DNA of 63,586 nt, filler included, from Catajapyx aquilonaris (Eukaryota), in NCBI GenBank assembly GCA_000934665.2. It is 3 parts of 3 records of this genome, joined end to end, with 100 filler letters (N's around TTAATTAATTAA, not from the genome) between each part and the next. Parts side by side here need not be neighbours in the genome. Positions count along the whole stretch, not along the records: positions 21,249 to 42,362 come from JYFJ02006133.1; positions 42,463 to 63,586 come from JYFJ02006134.1; 1 more part is not named here. The stretch is one strand, 5' to 3'. The translations under genes were made by a program, and so were the position numbers. Of the stretch, positions 36,811 to 50,400 are shown piece by piece. Numbering within the stretch: the first letter of the stretch is position 1; every line of letters starts with the position of its first letter. The notes under the pieces were generated by a model. The model was not told where the DNA came from, did no database searches, and saw nothing but the letters and a program-made list of their open reading frames with translations.

Positions 36811-38414
36811 TTTTGGATAAATTTAGCTGCTCCTTCCGGTATAATAGCAGGAATTCTAAATATTGTGTTCGCACCCTCAGGAATGAAGTAAAGTATGATT
36901 GCCGTTTCCCTAACAACAGGGAAACCATGGAGAATATTAGCAGCAGTTGACAACAATATATGATAACAAAAATATGTTATTTTTATTTTTATTTTATTTT
37001 GCGCGTGTCTGAAAGGTTCCCATCTCTGTGTATACAGCGGTCACCTAAAGAGAGGCTAGAAAACTTGCGAGAAAAAATATATTGAATTTCACATGAATTC
37101 GATGTGCCATACATTATCTCCATACTGTAAGGATGTTTCCACGGTTACAGAAACACTTGTACAGATAAAAATCAAGGTAGCACGAATGATATCAAATCAT
37201 TGTGAAATGCGGAAGTAACACGTGCCAGTGATAAACTTTATCGCAAATTAATTTGGGTTTCAAATTATATCAGTATTTCGTAAATCGTAAAGGTAATGTG
37301 ACGAATGCATGTGATAGTTATTTTTGGATCTATTGTCATTGCCGCAATATCTAATACACCTGAGGACTCATTTCCTCGTATTCTGGGTTTACCTGTAAGT
37401 CAGGGTCGTTTTCTTCTCTCTGAAGGATCTCTTGGAGGACGTCTGATGTGACTGGCACTTCTTTTTCTGCCATAGACACTTCAGAATTTGGCACTTCAAT
37501 CTTCATGGTCCTTACTTTCTTCAGGGTTAGTTGGCTCCTGATGTCTAAGGTTCTGATACTGTTACTCCCACACACACTTCCTTTATTATGTATAACGTAC
37601 TTGCTTTATCAGGACATGACACTTACATCAAGGTGATTATTTAGATAGATGCTGCTGATTACTCGCGGTTGACCCCTGCTAGTGTTATGTATTACGCAAG
37701 TCTGAGGTCCTGGTTTGTGTGTGACGGACTTTAAGTATTGGTCTTTTCCATTAAAAACAACGGCAAGTTCACCCTGTAACATTGATAATGATATGATGGT
37801 TTCATATTTAAGCTGCTGGTTGGCTATAGTTTATTGTGACGCTCAATATGATAGGCTACTCTTCATGAGGTCTTTGTTGCCGTAATCTTGTCCCATTGGA
37901 ATGATTTCAGAACATGGAAGTTTGAAGATTCTAGATGTACTGTCCCTTATGAAAAAAATAATTTCCAACCTTTCTCTTTGGAACTGTAACTGCTGGTATA
38001 TCAGAAAACTGACTCGACTGTCTAATACTGTATAGTACGGTATGCTTCGAGAACTCTAGTGTATAGTGCACAATATATTTCCAACTCAATTTCACCCGAA
38101 TGTGTTTCTGATATTTCTGCCAGTCAGGTCTTCATCTATAAAAGTCGATGATAATCTTCAACATATTTACGTCCTAAGGCTGTAGTTCTTTGCAAACATG
38201 TTTATATTGATAGTCCTGCTCTTTATTCCTGTTCGCTTCTATAGATGGGGGTAATAAGGGTGAAGGGAACCGGATATGGCTTATTTACTATACAATAGGC
38301 CCTATCCATACATTCTATTGTGGCACTCCCCTCCACTGTATTGTTGTACAGCATAACTTATATTCGAATATGCTGTATAAACACATTTGCGGAATGCCAG
38401 TAGAATATTACCTA

Positions 38415-39367
38415 CACCGAAAAAAAAATTTTGTTGACAGAACCAAAATATGGTTCATGGAACCAAATTTGGAGGGTTAATATACAACCTATCAAGATTT
38501 CGGTTGAAGTAACCAAAAAAAATAGGTTGTCGCATTTTGGTTGAGTTAACCAAAATATTGGTTGTTCTGACGTGTTTCTCCTAACCTAGATTTTGGTTGA
38601 GGTAACCAAAATATTGGTTGTTCTGACGTGTTTCTCCTAACCAAGTTTTCGGTTGTGGTAACGAACACATTGGTTATGATAATTATCATCATCGCCTATA
38701 ACTGACACACATCTGGCGGAAAGTAATCACCTGAACATGAGAGGCTGCCCGTAATACAATCGCAAAGCGCGGCCGTAGACAGTGGGTACTTATGATACAG
38801 TCGCTGAAGAGTCATTCACCAATGTACAGTCGAATTACTTGTACTCTGTACCTACACTGGAGGGGGTTAGCCCCAGCATATCATGTCAGTTAGCTTCTCT
38901 CAATTACAGAGACCCCATCCTTCACACTTGCGTTTAAACACTAGTAGTCAGAGAATCTCTGTAACGTCCCAAAGAAGCCCATCCACTCCTACCTGGAACA
39001 GGTGAGCACTCAACCACCCGATGGACATTATGTCTCTGTCAGGTTGCCCCAAGGGCTTGGTTATGATATCATCATCGCCTATAACTGACAAGCATCTGGT
39101 GGAAAGTAATCACCCGTTCACCTGGCCTGAACATGAGAGGCTGCCCCCAATGCAATTGCAACCAATTTTTTTTTGTTACGCCAACCGCGTGATTTTGGTT
39201 CTGCCAAGTGCAGTTTTGGTTGAATCGACCCTTTAGCACTCTACCAAATTTTTTTGGTTACTTCAACTTATTCCTTTTTTTCGGTGCAAGTGCAGTTTTG
39301 GTTGAATCGACCCTTTAGCATTCTACCAAATTTTTTTGGTTCTGTCAACAAATTTTTTTTTTGGGTG
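38415..39367. mobile_element. Non-autonomous CMC/EnSpm-like element (CAC ends, TA flanks)
   Basis: TIR CACCGAAAAAAAAATTTTGTTGACAGAACCAAAA / TTTTGGTTCTGTCAACAAATTTTTTTTTTGGGTG, many TTGGTT...AACCAA subterminal repeats and internal direct duplications. Confidence 0.75.
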
Positions 39368-39716
39368 TAGTTGTCAGGATTTGGGATTTTTTAAATGACA
39401 ACATATAGACCTATTAAGGTGTTTTGTTTTATTTACAATGCAAGTTCAATATAAGTAGTGTAATAACATCTGTTGACAACCGGTGACTTTCGGCATGTGA
39501 AGGGCTACACACTGCTGCACGAATATTTTGAGTACTTCTATGAGAGACGGTGTTCGATGTCATCAAAATTACGACGTTTCCGTACGTTGTCAGAGATTGA
39601 CATCAAAGCGAATGCGGAATACATTGACAATATGCTTATTAGTAGGCCTAGTCTAATAAAGAACGTGCTGGTATCATAGGAATTTTTAAGGCGAATACTG
39701 TTCGTGTGTAGCGTGA

Positions 39717-41660
39717 TTATAATTTCATTTCGTTTTTAACCCGATAGTTGATTAATTCTCCCAGAAACACTCCAAAACTGAATAACAAAAAAATACAAAG
39801 CAGCGCCAACGGGCCTTTAATTTGACTTATTCTCAGTTCCATGGACAACTTGTACAGCAACTTTTCTGCACGGGTAAACTTCAAATTATTGAGGGCGATT
39901 ACGTACGAAAAATCGACCATGTAATCATCAAATATGCCCGACTGAATTAATCGATATTGAAATCTTCCGAATGCCGGTGTCAGAATTGAATATTTGGGAG
40001 AAATCGCACCACCAATTACGCGCAATGAAGAATCGTCAATTATTTCAACAGGCAAATTCCCTTCCAAATCCATTCGCAGATATGCCGTTGGAGTTATAAT
40101 ATCAGCAGAACCTAGACACGCAAAATCTTCATTAATTGCTTTCATCAAGCAGCTCATCATATCTCGTCCTTCTTCCATACCTAGCAATACAATCTGATGG
40201 TAATCTATTTCAGATCTCTCAAGAGCCATATTAATGTACGAAGATAGGTTACTTATCCCTCCCCATTTCCAGCCTGGAGTTTGTGCAAGTTCTTTATAAT
40301 CATTGGGAAGGACTTCCAGATCAGGGGTGACGAGAAATGCGAAAAATTTGGCCTCATAACCAAGGACAATCAGGTCGCAGAAGAGCCACCAGAAGCAAAT
40401 TAACATGCGCAAAGACGAACAGGTTGGGATGAGGTTGGGATTTTCCTCGATTAGTCCGGACCAAACAAATCGTAATGAATAGAGCAGGTGAGATCTAGGA
40501 GGATGCTCATTTGAATGGAAAGGGTAGCTGATGGAGTACTGGATCTTCAGGAGGTAGAAAAACACCAGAGTGCTTATTGAGGCTGATAATATGATGAGTG
40601 ACCACATTCCGGATGTGTACGGTTTGAAGATGGATGTCCATGAAAATAGTGGTTGAGGCAAACGCCTACCGAATGTAATGTACGAGCTGTAAAAACAATC
40701 GGATGAATCACCAACACGGACAGTGTTGTCTGTTGTATACGATGCGGTTACAAGTGTTTCTCTTCTCTGTACAGCCCCGATCACACCGGTGTAGTTACCG
40801 TCTGGTAAACGCTGTTCATCTGCATACCCAGGCACTGGGACAGGTCTGCGTGATTGCCAGTCAAAGTTAAACAAATGTGCCAAATCCACCATAAACCAGA
40901 GGTACGGGAATACCGGAAGGCCTTGTCTTACTTGCTCCTTAATTTCTTCAGGGTTAGACTCAACAATCCAGGTAATATTCAGGAACTTCTTATTCAAGTC
41001 CGTCGAATAATCCGGAAAAGGATTCAGCTCACTCAGCACAATTCCAGATTGGACAGAGTACATTCCTCTGGGTACAGTCAACGGGTTGCCTCCGTCGCAA
41101 AAATGACACTTGTTCGCTATCTGGACGTATCCTGTTGCTTCATCATATTGTGCACCCATTTGGTACAAAAATTCGGATTCGAGTATCGCAGGTTTGACAT
41201 CTGAATTTTGGCTGTAATACATAACACGATCTTTACGAGGATCCAATCTCACAACACTAGCGACGTATTTCAACAATGGGTCATAGTTGTTGTCGTGATA
41301 TATGAGCACCACGAACAAGCAGTTTCCAAGATGACGTGATGTTGGCCTTTCCAACCATGAGAACCAATATTCGAAGTTGTCGTTTGTGCCTGGATTTATA
41401 GGCGGAGCTGGAGTTGATTTGTCCCATTTGACAGCAACTGATGCACCATACAAACGTCCGTTGTCGTTCAAACTGTTCGACATAGCCAATGGTAGGTACT
41501 TGTAATCGTGTCCCAGAACCAGGAGGCAATCATCCTTATGGCGATAGATTTTTGTGACGAATGAGGCAACGACATTATCTTCCGTTGATTGCGAGATTAA
41601 GGTTGGCAATCCGTGAATTTCACCAGAAAGAACAACTATGGCTAGAAGAAACGCCTGCAT
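39717..41660 (-). CDS. Divergent ionotropic receptor (IR, iGluR-derived chemoreceptor), intronless, 647 aa
   Basis: Signal peptide MQAFLLAIVVLSGEIHG; S1 DGNYTGVIGAVQRRE; M1 after FKPYTSGMW; M2 SLRMLICFWWLF...GYEAKFFAFLVTP; S2 RLIQSGIFD; M3 LRISQIKGPLALL...VFLGEL. Confidence 0.92.
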   Translation of the reverse strand: MQAFLLAIVVLSGEIHGLPTLISQSTEDNVVASFVTKIYRHKDDCLLVLGHDYKYLPLAMSNSLNDNGRLYGASVAVKWDKSTPAPPINPGTNDNFEYWFSWLERPTSRHLGNCLFVVLIYHDNNYDPLLKYVASVVRLDPRKDRVMYYSQNSDVKPAILESEFLYQMGAQYDEATGYVQIANKCHFCDGGNPLTVPRGMYSVQSGIVLSELNPFPDYSTDLNKKFLNITWIVESNPEEIKEQVRQGLPVFPYLWFMVDLAHLFNFDWQSRRPVPVPGYADEQRLPDGNYTGVIGAVQRRETLVTASYTTDNTVRVGDSSDCFYSSYITFGRRLPQPLFSWTSIFKPYTSGMWSLIILSASISTLVFFYLLKIQYSISYPFHSNEHPPRSHLLYSLRFVWSGLIEENPNLIPTCSSLRMLICFWWLFCDLIVLGYEAKFFAFLVTPDLEVLPNDYKELAQTPGWKWGGISNLSSYINMALERSEIDYHQIVLLGMEEGRDMMSCLMKAINEDFACLGSADIITPTAYLRMDLEGNLPVEIIDDSSLRVIGGAISPKYSILTPAFGRFQYRLIQSGIFDDYMVDFSYVIALNNLKFTRAEKLLYKLSMELRISQIKGPLALLCIFLLFSFGVFLGELINYRVKNEMKL

Positions 41661-42362
41661 TTTTTTTTCACTAAAAATCTTATAAACGCGCTTCACCAAC
41701 CGAACTGTTCTTCTCTTGGGAAGTCACTAGACTTTTAGAAATCACTGGGGATCTGATATAATTTTGCGTGGGCTGCATGCTAACCATATCATTACAGTTG
41801 GTCCATTCTCTGCATTCAATGCCGTCAATGATACCCCCACATTTGCAGTTTCCTTTCCGTATACAAATGTGTATTCTTGACATGTGTTGTTGAATAAAGA
41901 CAGCTGCAGGACGACCATAGAAATAAAATAGAGATAGTATCTTGATGCAATGTTTACTTACCAGTATTGGACTATATACGAAAGCTCATCCCATTGATTC
42001 CATGATATACGACATTAAAATATTGTGTTCTAAGCAGGAAATGCTGAAGATTGGGATCAAAAAATGGGTAGAATTTTTAATGAGATTAGGCTAGTCATTT
42101 TTATAGAGCCTTTTCCGAGTATACCCTTGTTCACATGTGGTCGATTTTACGACCCGTGAGCCGCACGTGGATTGTTCTGTAACTAATAAGTAGTTCTAAG
42201 TTCGGACGACAGAGACCCCCTTTTGCTTTGTTTATGATATACGTACGACGCAAGGTACGACGCACCGACGCACAGTGGGCGCGGAGCCCTGTTTAGGACG
42301 ACATAAATGAAAATGCTATCAAATCGGACACATTTTCCAATTTTGAGGATTGTAAAGGATAG

Positions 42363-42462
42363 NNNNNNNNNNNNNNNNNNNNNNNNNNNNNNNNNNNNNN
42401 NNNNNNTTAATTAATTAANNNNNNNNNNNNNNNNNNNNNNNNNNNNNNNNNNNNNNNNNNNN
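42363..42462. other. Artificial contig linker
   Basis: 44 N + TTAATTAATTAA + 44 N. Confidence 0.98.
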
Positions 42463-42882
42463 CCATTTTCATCGAGAGCAATGCCAAAGCTGATAAGTCA
42501 AGTTGAAGACATCTGTAGCAGAACTGATTAAGTGGAAATGCTGTAAAGGCAATGAGCCAAGACTTGGAGCGCAGCACAAAAGGTTTCCCTTCATTTCCCA
42601 ATAGAAAACAGATACATTCAGAAAAGTCATTTTATTGCAGTCAGTTAATTCTCTCACTAGCCAACATTGCACAGGAGCCAACACTCAAATCCACACAAAT
42701 GCATTGAGACCTTGATCTCAATGATACTGACCTACAACAACATCTAGTTATGAGCATCATCCTCTGGTAACAACGGTCCTGGAAATCACTGCTGCTCTTC
42801 CTCTGGGCAAAAGAAATCTGAAAGCAACAGAAGATGCAAGAATGTAAATCTGGTGAAACAGTTTAACATGTGCCATCCATTA

Positions 42883-43297
42883 CACTGAAGTGCCAAAAGT
42901 CATGTGAAACTTTTTAAGTCACATACTACATTACCTGGCGTGTATGACCAGGTGTTGTCGTGACGCAGAGGAACACAACAGCTCATGGCACTGCTTTGTG
43001 ACGATGGGAAAGTCCAGTAGGATAATGCACCGTTTCATCAGGTCCAGAATGGGTTCAAGGAGCATTGTGATGAATGATGTGACCAGACTGAACCCTATCC
43101 AGCATTAATGGGACGTGGTGCAGAGGTCCATTTTCATTGAAGATCCTACACCTCATTCAGTAATCCAGGGAGCTGTGGGTGGCTATGTCCAGATGGCATG
43201 GCTCAACATATTTCCAGGTCTTCCCTCCATACATGGAATCAATGCCCGAGTTGCAGGGCTAGAGGGTTACCTATCTCATGACTTTTGGCACCTCAGG
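42883..43297 (+). mobile_element. Internally deleted Tc1-like element
   Basis: TA-flanked TIR CACTGAAGTGCCAAAAGTCATG / CATGACTTTTGGCACCTCAG; decayed DNAPFH and PD.NPIQH.WD transposase motifs. Confidence 0.75.
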
Positions 43298-43493
43298 TAA
43301 TGCAGCATGCATAAACAAATGCACATTAAATCGAAATTATACACGAAAATCACTAAATTGCTGCTGAAACTAACCCAGAAAAATAATTTGGTAATGGAAG
43401 GAGCTATCAAAAACAGAAGCAGTAATAAGCGGGTGGTCACTGGTCAGTGATGCAGGAAAGTCAATTGATAAGCATATGACAATATAAAAGCGA

Positions 43494-44057
43494 TTAACTA
43501 ATCTGCCTATTATGCATCAGTGTCTAATTAACGGCTATTTAAACCGCTTCCTAATATAATCAGGGCACCAGTGATGTTCACCTAGCATGAAAATCATCTG
43601 CATGTCCATGTCATATGGTAGAAAATTAATGATGTTATAACACCTTGTGACCCCAAACTCTTCCATATGCCTCATTAAATATAAGTTGGATTATAACCAA
43701 ATGTTACAATTATTATACACTTATATACTATCTGTACTTATCTATACTTATAATTCTAATGAATGCTATATTCATACAACTTATATTCTCTAGTCTGTCA
43801 TCTCCACTTACAAATCCAATGTTATAATCATACAACTTATATTCTAATGAGGCATATGAACGAGATGTTGCAGCCACAAGGTGTTATTAAAACATGATTC
43901 ATCTTCTAATTCATTTGTAAAATGGAGTGCAGGTGATATATCCATGCTAGAGGAACTTCACTGGCGTTGGACAAGTCCAGTGGTGCCATGATTATATTGG
44001 GAAGCGGTTTAAATAGCCACTAATTAGACACTGCTAAATAATAAGCAGATTAGTTAA
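43494..44057. mobile_element. Foldback MITE with long imperfect TIRs, TTAA at both ends
   Basis: TTAACTAATCTGC...GGCTATTTAAACCGCTTCC...GGCACCA is mirrored by TGGTGCC...GGAAGCGGTTTAAATAGCC...GCAGATTAGTTAA. Confidence 0.75.
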
Positions 44058-46162
44058 GAGAAAAATGCAGTTGAAGGGATGACTTCATTGAAAGACTAAT
44101 GCACAGTAGTTCATGGAGAAATTAAGCCTTGGAGTAAAACATAAATGTCACAATGGCCTTGTCATTGCCAGTTAACTTGCAAAGTCATCATTTCCTCACA
44201 GGTTCAATCAAATGTCCTAAGTATGCTTCGCAGTGAATACACTAGTAGCACTCACCACATTTTGTGAGAAGGCTGCTACTCAACTCATTGTTCAAGTTTC
44301 CAATGCAACTTTTTTTGTAAACTACACTGCCAGCTAGGCAGTTTTTCAGGAGTGCTACACCCGTGTACAGACTGCAGGTGACTTCCTAAAGCACATGAAC
44401 TTGTGACTAACAAATGACAAAATAGATCACAGTATTCAAGGCACATGCTTTTGACGAGAAACCCTCAGAAAACTCTGAATATCCCATGTCAGATGTCCTT
44501 ATTTTGATTAATTGCAATTTTAAGCACCTGTTGATAACTAGGATTCCATTCAATTAAATGCACAAGTTATCATTAGGAACCACCACAGTAATTCACAATA
44601 TCTAGAAACCTACATTTCATCAATTCTGCCACCTTCATCACATGTGCTCTTGGACTGGGTCTCACAAATATTAATGCACCATGTTGCACTGAAATTAAAC
44701 CTAACACTACCTCAAGTCAAATGTCTCTGCAGCCCACTAGACAATAGCCTCACATCAGTGCTCTGATTGTCCAGGACCAGTTTTCAGCAGCGATTCCTAA
44801 TAATTGATACAGCCACAAACACTGCAGGCCTAAGTTTGGCAATGAACCTGACATACTCTGCCACTACTACTCCTGCTCCTAAATAGCCTTCACATTTCGA
44901 TATCAACTCAAACTGCGTGGATTATCCCATCAAGACACGAGGCACCAATAAATATAAATGAAAGCAAGATAATAGTACTCACCAAGGTAGCTGCAGTGTT
45001 GGCATCTGAAGTCACTCGAAGAACCATACTTGCGATGGGGCAGGCGATGGAATGAGATGACCATGTCGGTTGTTGGAGTGCCTCAGCCAAATGAGTTGTC
45101 CATCGCGGCACAGATGTTTGAGGCTGCTTCTGTAAATAAGGGCGGATTGTATGAGATCAAAATGTCAGGCAACAAGTTACTAATAAACTATGGAAGGGTC
45201 TCTCTGTTAGAGAAACTAAAAGCTCACTATTCCTCCAGATGAACTATCATCTGTTCAAATGCACTTATGTTGTGATTATCTTAATCAGAACTTAAATTGA
45301 CGTGAATAGTTTAACTGCAATATTTATGCATGTCCCATTTGATAGATCCTCTTCTGATGAAAAGGATTTTTGCTTCTGATTGCAAATCTAAATTCAACAG
45401 TAATGGACATACAGCAAGTAGGACTTGAATCCTAAAGCCAGACATCTTCAGTGCCAACAGACTGCCAGAATATTCCTATAGTGCATGCAGACAAAATATG
45501 TCCCCCCTTAATTAAAAAAATTAATGGTATCAATAATACTGAATTCAATATTGTGCCTATCCCTGTAATACAATCTGAATCTAATTATATCTGCCATTAT
45601 TGAAATTCAATCACCACTGCGAGCATGGGCCAAATTTTCCTTCAGTGGATACTTTTGCCTTTTCTGAGAAATCCCTAAACCTATAATAATTGCACCATTC
45701 ACTAGTGATCAAGACAGAACAGGCAGTCATTTGGAAAGTGCAAGACCTGATTTTCTAAATGGCCAACAATTCAGCTTATCAAAAGCTGTACAGTACCAAC
45801 ATGTAGCTAACGCCAGGTAACAATGCAGATTTACCAACCGCCGCCATTCTATGTCGGTGATTGTGTTTGGCGTAAAATGGCGTACTTAGTGCCTCAGAAG
45901 TAGCACAAGGTCAAAGCAAATTTGGCAATTTAATCGCAATTTTCTAATGGTTTTTCTTTTAATTCCCATTACATTGTGGACACTAGGCATGGTTGAGGCA
46001 ATTTGACTGATGGGTGCTATAGGAAGTCATCTCATTCGGTATAGTCACGATTGCACATTTTTAAACATCCTTACATGAACCACTTTAATTCCATTTTGTG
46101 GCAGTTAACAAACCAAGATGCAGTAATGCGTCCCTGCATTTCAATGAGCCAAGGTCAAGTGT

Positions 46163-46331
46163 CATTCGTCCAGGCCCATTTTATTACACAAATTCATCCA
46201 ATATTTCTAATGGAGCTAGTGTCCAAGCAATTGTTGGTTTTACGACCCGAGTAAAACCAATAATTGCTTGGCGACTAGCTCCATTAGAAATACTGGATTA
46301 ATTTGTGTAATAAAATGGGGCTGGACGACTG
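46163..46331. mobile_element. Small hairpin MITE (~55-bp TIRs)
   Basis: CGTCCAGGCCCATTTTATTACACAAATT...ATGGAGCTAGT versus ACTAGCTCCAT...AATTTGTGTAATAAAATGGGGCTGGACG. Confidence 0.7.
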
Positions 46332-46429
46332 CAAACGGAGTTTATTACAACATTGCTTTGCACTAAAAAATTAATAAGTGTCTGCATGTATAACTTTCCG
46401 ACTTTTCGTGGCTAAAAATTAATGTACCT

Positions 46430-46496
46430 CAATTGAATCGGTGATTTTGAAAAGGGGCAAGATTCAATGCCCTTTTCAAAATGACCGATTCAATTG
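46430..46496. repeat. Near-perfect hairpin
   Basis: CAATTGAATCGGTGATTTTGAAAAGGG / CCCTTTTCAAAATGACCGATTCAATTG. Confidence 0.7.
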
Positions 46497-47482
46497 TGCT
46501 TTTGAAGTACACAGCCTTCGCAAGTAACCCCCCATCTAAATGATGTGCACATACCTGTACTCGTAGCGCAGTTGTCTGTAGACCTGGTACGTCCGCCTTC
46601 TTTGGAGATCAAGATGAAAAAGAGAGAGCTGCACACATGCAGGACTGGATGGGGGGGGGGGGGGNGGGGGGTCAACCCCACCCACCCCACTCCGGATATG
46701 CTTATCTCAATGGTCAAATGCCTGGGTGCACACCTCAGCATGACCTGTTACTATATGCAAGGTCAACATCAGGAGGGCGTGGTTTAATGCACAATACCTA
46801 GTTACCTACCAGAGTATGGATTGCATTTTTGGGCTGGAAATTCTTATAATAGGTGCAAGGTAATCCATAAGGTCTGTGCGTAAAATCAGGTCAATAAACC
46901 GCAAGTAATAACATCACTGATATTAATATTATTGTCTTTTTAATCCTGTATGCATTTCCAGAAAAATCATATCAAACAATGTCCATAATGAAGATTATTG
47001 CTACATACAAACATGGCGTATAAAAAGAGAAGAAAATGTGCCAAAAAGTACAAAAATAATGGCAAGAGGTGACCATCAATTGGCAGTGACGTATAAGATA
47101 TGAAATGTATATTAGTAAATGGCGCCTATTGTGTGTCAGTAATTGGTCTTTCTTCATGAGGTATTTGCCATTATTATCATAGTTCATTGCATGACTAGAT
47201 CTCTGCAGTTACAAGTACTATTTAACATGAAAATGAACAGGAGTGTTTGTCTTAACCTCCTGACTGACCTCCATACTTCAAATTACTTACAGAGAGCATT
47301 GAACACACTAGCAATAATGCTCTAGAGATAATTAACATCATAAATCCAACGAGCAGGATGCACCACTTGAAGTGCCCTTGCACAATTTTGAGTCAAGTGG
47401 ACCTGAATTAATGTCCACTTGACCAATACTGTGGAGATCTTAGTATATGTTTGGACAATGATTACGATGTGCACTAATTAAA

Positions 47483-50400
47483 TTAAATCCCATGCAGAGC
47501 CAGGTGTAAGAGGCTGTCCTGTCCGACTTGCTCGTACTCCAGTGTCTGGCAGTACAGAATACTTAAGAACTTGGCAGGGTTGCACTCTTTGGACGTCGGA
47601 CACACACTTTCTTCCAGAGCTTCTAACACTATGCGTCCCAGTGTACGGCGATTCAGGTCCTTCCAATGAAAAGGAATTTAAAATTATGATTAGTTAATTG
47701 ATTGTTAGGCAATTACGCATTCCCTTTCGTGCTTAAATGTGTTTTTAGATTAGGAACTTTGTTGTTATTGGCAGTTGGCATGTGGAGTGGCAGTCACAAA
47801 CACTTGACGCCTCTGGTGTTGCCAACTGTGTAACGGTGTCAAGAGCAGCAGCATCGTTCGTCTACTGTACCGGTACTGAACATGACAAATTCTGAATTAA
47901 AAACTATCCAACGTTACATCAAGCTGAACACTGTCAAAGTTTCCATTGTATGATTTTTCAAACGTTCTTGTAATCAACTGTATTTCCTGGAGAAGACTTT
48001 TCTATCAGAAAGTAATGCATCTAGGATTACATTTTGGCATTGCAAGTCTTCGTGTACACACCTTGCAATGAAAGACAGCCGTAAGAGTATCCCTCAGCTT
48101 CTCTTCAAGGAGCAACAATCGACTCCTGTCCTCCTCAACCTGCTGAACTTCACGCTCAAGTTTCTCCACCGTCTCTTCTCTTTCCAGCAGATTCCTCCCC
48201 AAAGTGCATCTCTCCTGGAATTTTGACACCAACAATGAGCACACCATCGCAACAATAAACAGTGCGTACGTATACCTCTTCCCACTCGCTCTCAGCCTGT
48301 TGGAACTGCTGCTTCAACCAGATCAGATGTCGACGCAGCTCCAGTACAGTTGTCTCTGGTTCAAACTGTCTCCTATCATCCGGCTCCTCCTGGTCACTCT
48401 CAGAAGGCGAGTAGTGACCACTGTCCACTGTAGACAGAGGCCTTTGATTGCTGCTTCCATCACTGCATATGCAGACAGAAAAAATGTATTGTAAAAAAAA
48501 GAAGCCAAGAAATTATTCCGAAGTTCAACGACCAAACATTGGGAAGTCTTCCAAAGTTGCACGCTTATCGCTTTTTCTGTAGTTTTTTTTTTGTTACAAC
48601 TAGGATGAAAGAGATTTATTTTCATGCCATTGATGTGAGTCACGTAGGGTGTTTTCCTGGCTTGTTGTGTCTCACCTGTTGGCACCCAGCTCATGATGCA
48701 GAAGTTGTGAGTCAGAATGCGGTCTTGATCCTCTCTTCAAATGTGCTATGCCTTCAGCCATCAGGTTACGTGTGGACAGAAGTTCAGTCAATAAACGTGA
48801 TCTGAAATCATAATTATGTAACATTGAGTGCTTGAGTATATGTGCCTATGCATAAGGATGTTTTCCGCATTTTTTTTTTGCACTTTAAACCCTTCAATCG
48901 ACTTCTTTTTTTTTGTAACAACCGGAAGTCTGTAAGGCCAACGACCATGCATGTTTTGCTCATCATCCATCCTGCGGGGCATATGCTTCCCACACTTCCT
49001 GCACTTTCCATCATCAACAGACATATGTAACACGAACCACGCTTTAGTCACGCTAATCTGCACTATCTTACACGCCTCGAGTGTAGTGTAAACCTCTGCC
49101 AATTTTATATCAGGCCAACCGATCAAAGAAAGAAAAAAAAAACCCTCAAAAATCTGAATATTCCGTGAGCCAAAAACCTTTCAAAAAAAAATAAAATAAA
49201 ATGGGAAGCACATGGAGGTAGGCTATACACTCGTAAGAGATCTTACGACTTCCTCAATGACTTATTCTGCTTACATTAACACTAAGCCCTGCAACCAAAA
49301 TAGTGTGTGTAAAGATGGAGGGGGTGGGTGGGGGGAATGGAAAAAGAAGAGAGGAAACGACGAGATCCCCAGAGGGTGGGGGGGGTTTTGTCTCGTTAAA
49401 TATAACAGCCCTTTGCATGTGTATTTCTGGATAAGATCTAACAGAAGGAGGATGAGGAAGGATCGAGCTCTTAAGAAGACTCGTTTCTACCAGGTGATGA
49501 CCTTCACCCCTTTTGTGTCACCTTCCTGGAGATTAATTCGCAAAATAATGTTGTTAGAATTAATTAATTCGACGAAGCTTTTCAATTAAAAGTAGCCTAA
49601 TTGAAGAGCTTGGTTGAATTAATTAATTCTAACAATCCGGCCTTGCTAACAGTAGGGTATTATTTTGCGAATTAAAAGGGCATGAAAATTTAATTAATTT
49701 TAATTTTAATTTAGAGTTTTAAATTTTCAATGCATCGATATTAAATTTATTTGATTTTAATTTAATCCATGAATTTTAATTTAGAGTTTTAAATTTTCAA
49801 TGCATCGATATTAAATTTATTTGATTTTAATTTAATCTATGAATTTTATTTGTTTAAATTTCAATGTTAATTTTTAATTTAGAGTTTTAAATTTTCAATG
49901 CATCGATATTAAATTTATTTGATTTTAATTTAATCTATAAATTTTATTTGTTTAAATTTCAATGTTAATTTTTAATTTGAATTAGTTAAATTTGAGTCAC
50001 TTGCAGTTAAATTAAATTTTTAACTTTCTCAATTATTTTAATTTTTAATTAATTTTTAATCCTTTAATTTCCTCGATTAATATCAATTGTTTTAATTTTA
50101 GTTTCAATTAATCAATTTTTCATTGGTTAAATTAATTGGTAAATATTGTAATCATTTAATTTCATATTTATATTGTAAATTCTCGTAATTAATTTAATTA
50201 TTTTAATTTCTTAATTAATATTTATTGTCAATTTTCATTGTGATTTTAGACCTTTTCGAAGAAAAAAAAAGTCTTATAGAACGGCTCTGTCTGTGGACAG
50301 GTATCAGACAGACAGACAGAGCCGTGCTATAAGACTTATTTCGATTTTCGGGTTCCGGGTTCACTCTTTGATTTTCTTAATTAATATTTATTGTCAATTT

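Noticed and set aside
42463..45130. Exon-like minus-strand segments (~42737-42817, ~44982-45129) with good splice sites
   Set aside because: Could not be joined into a convincing frame or recognised; may be UTR or lncRNA exons of a gene cut by the linker.
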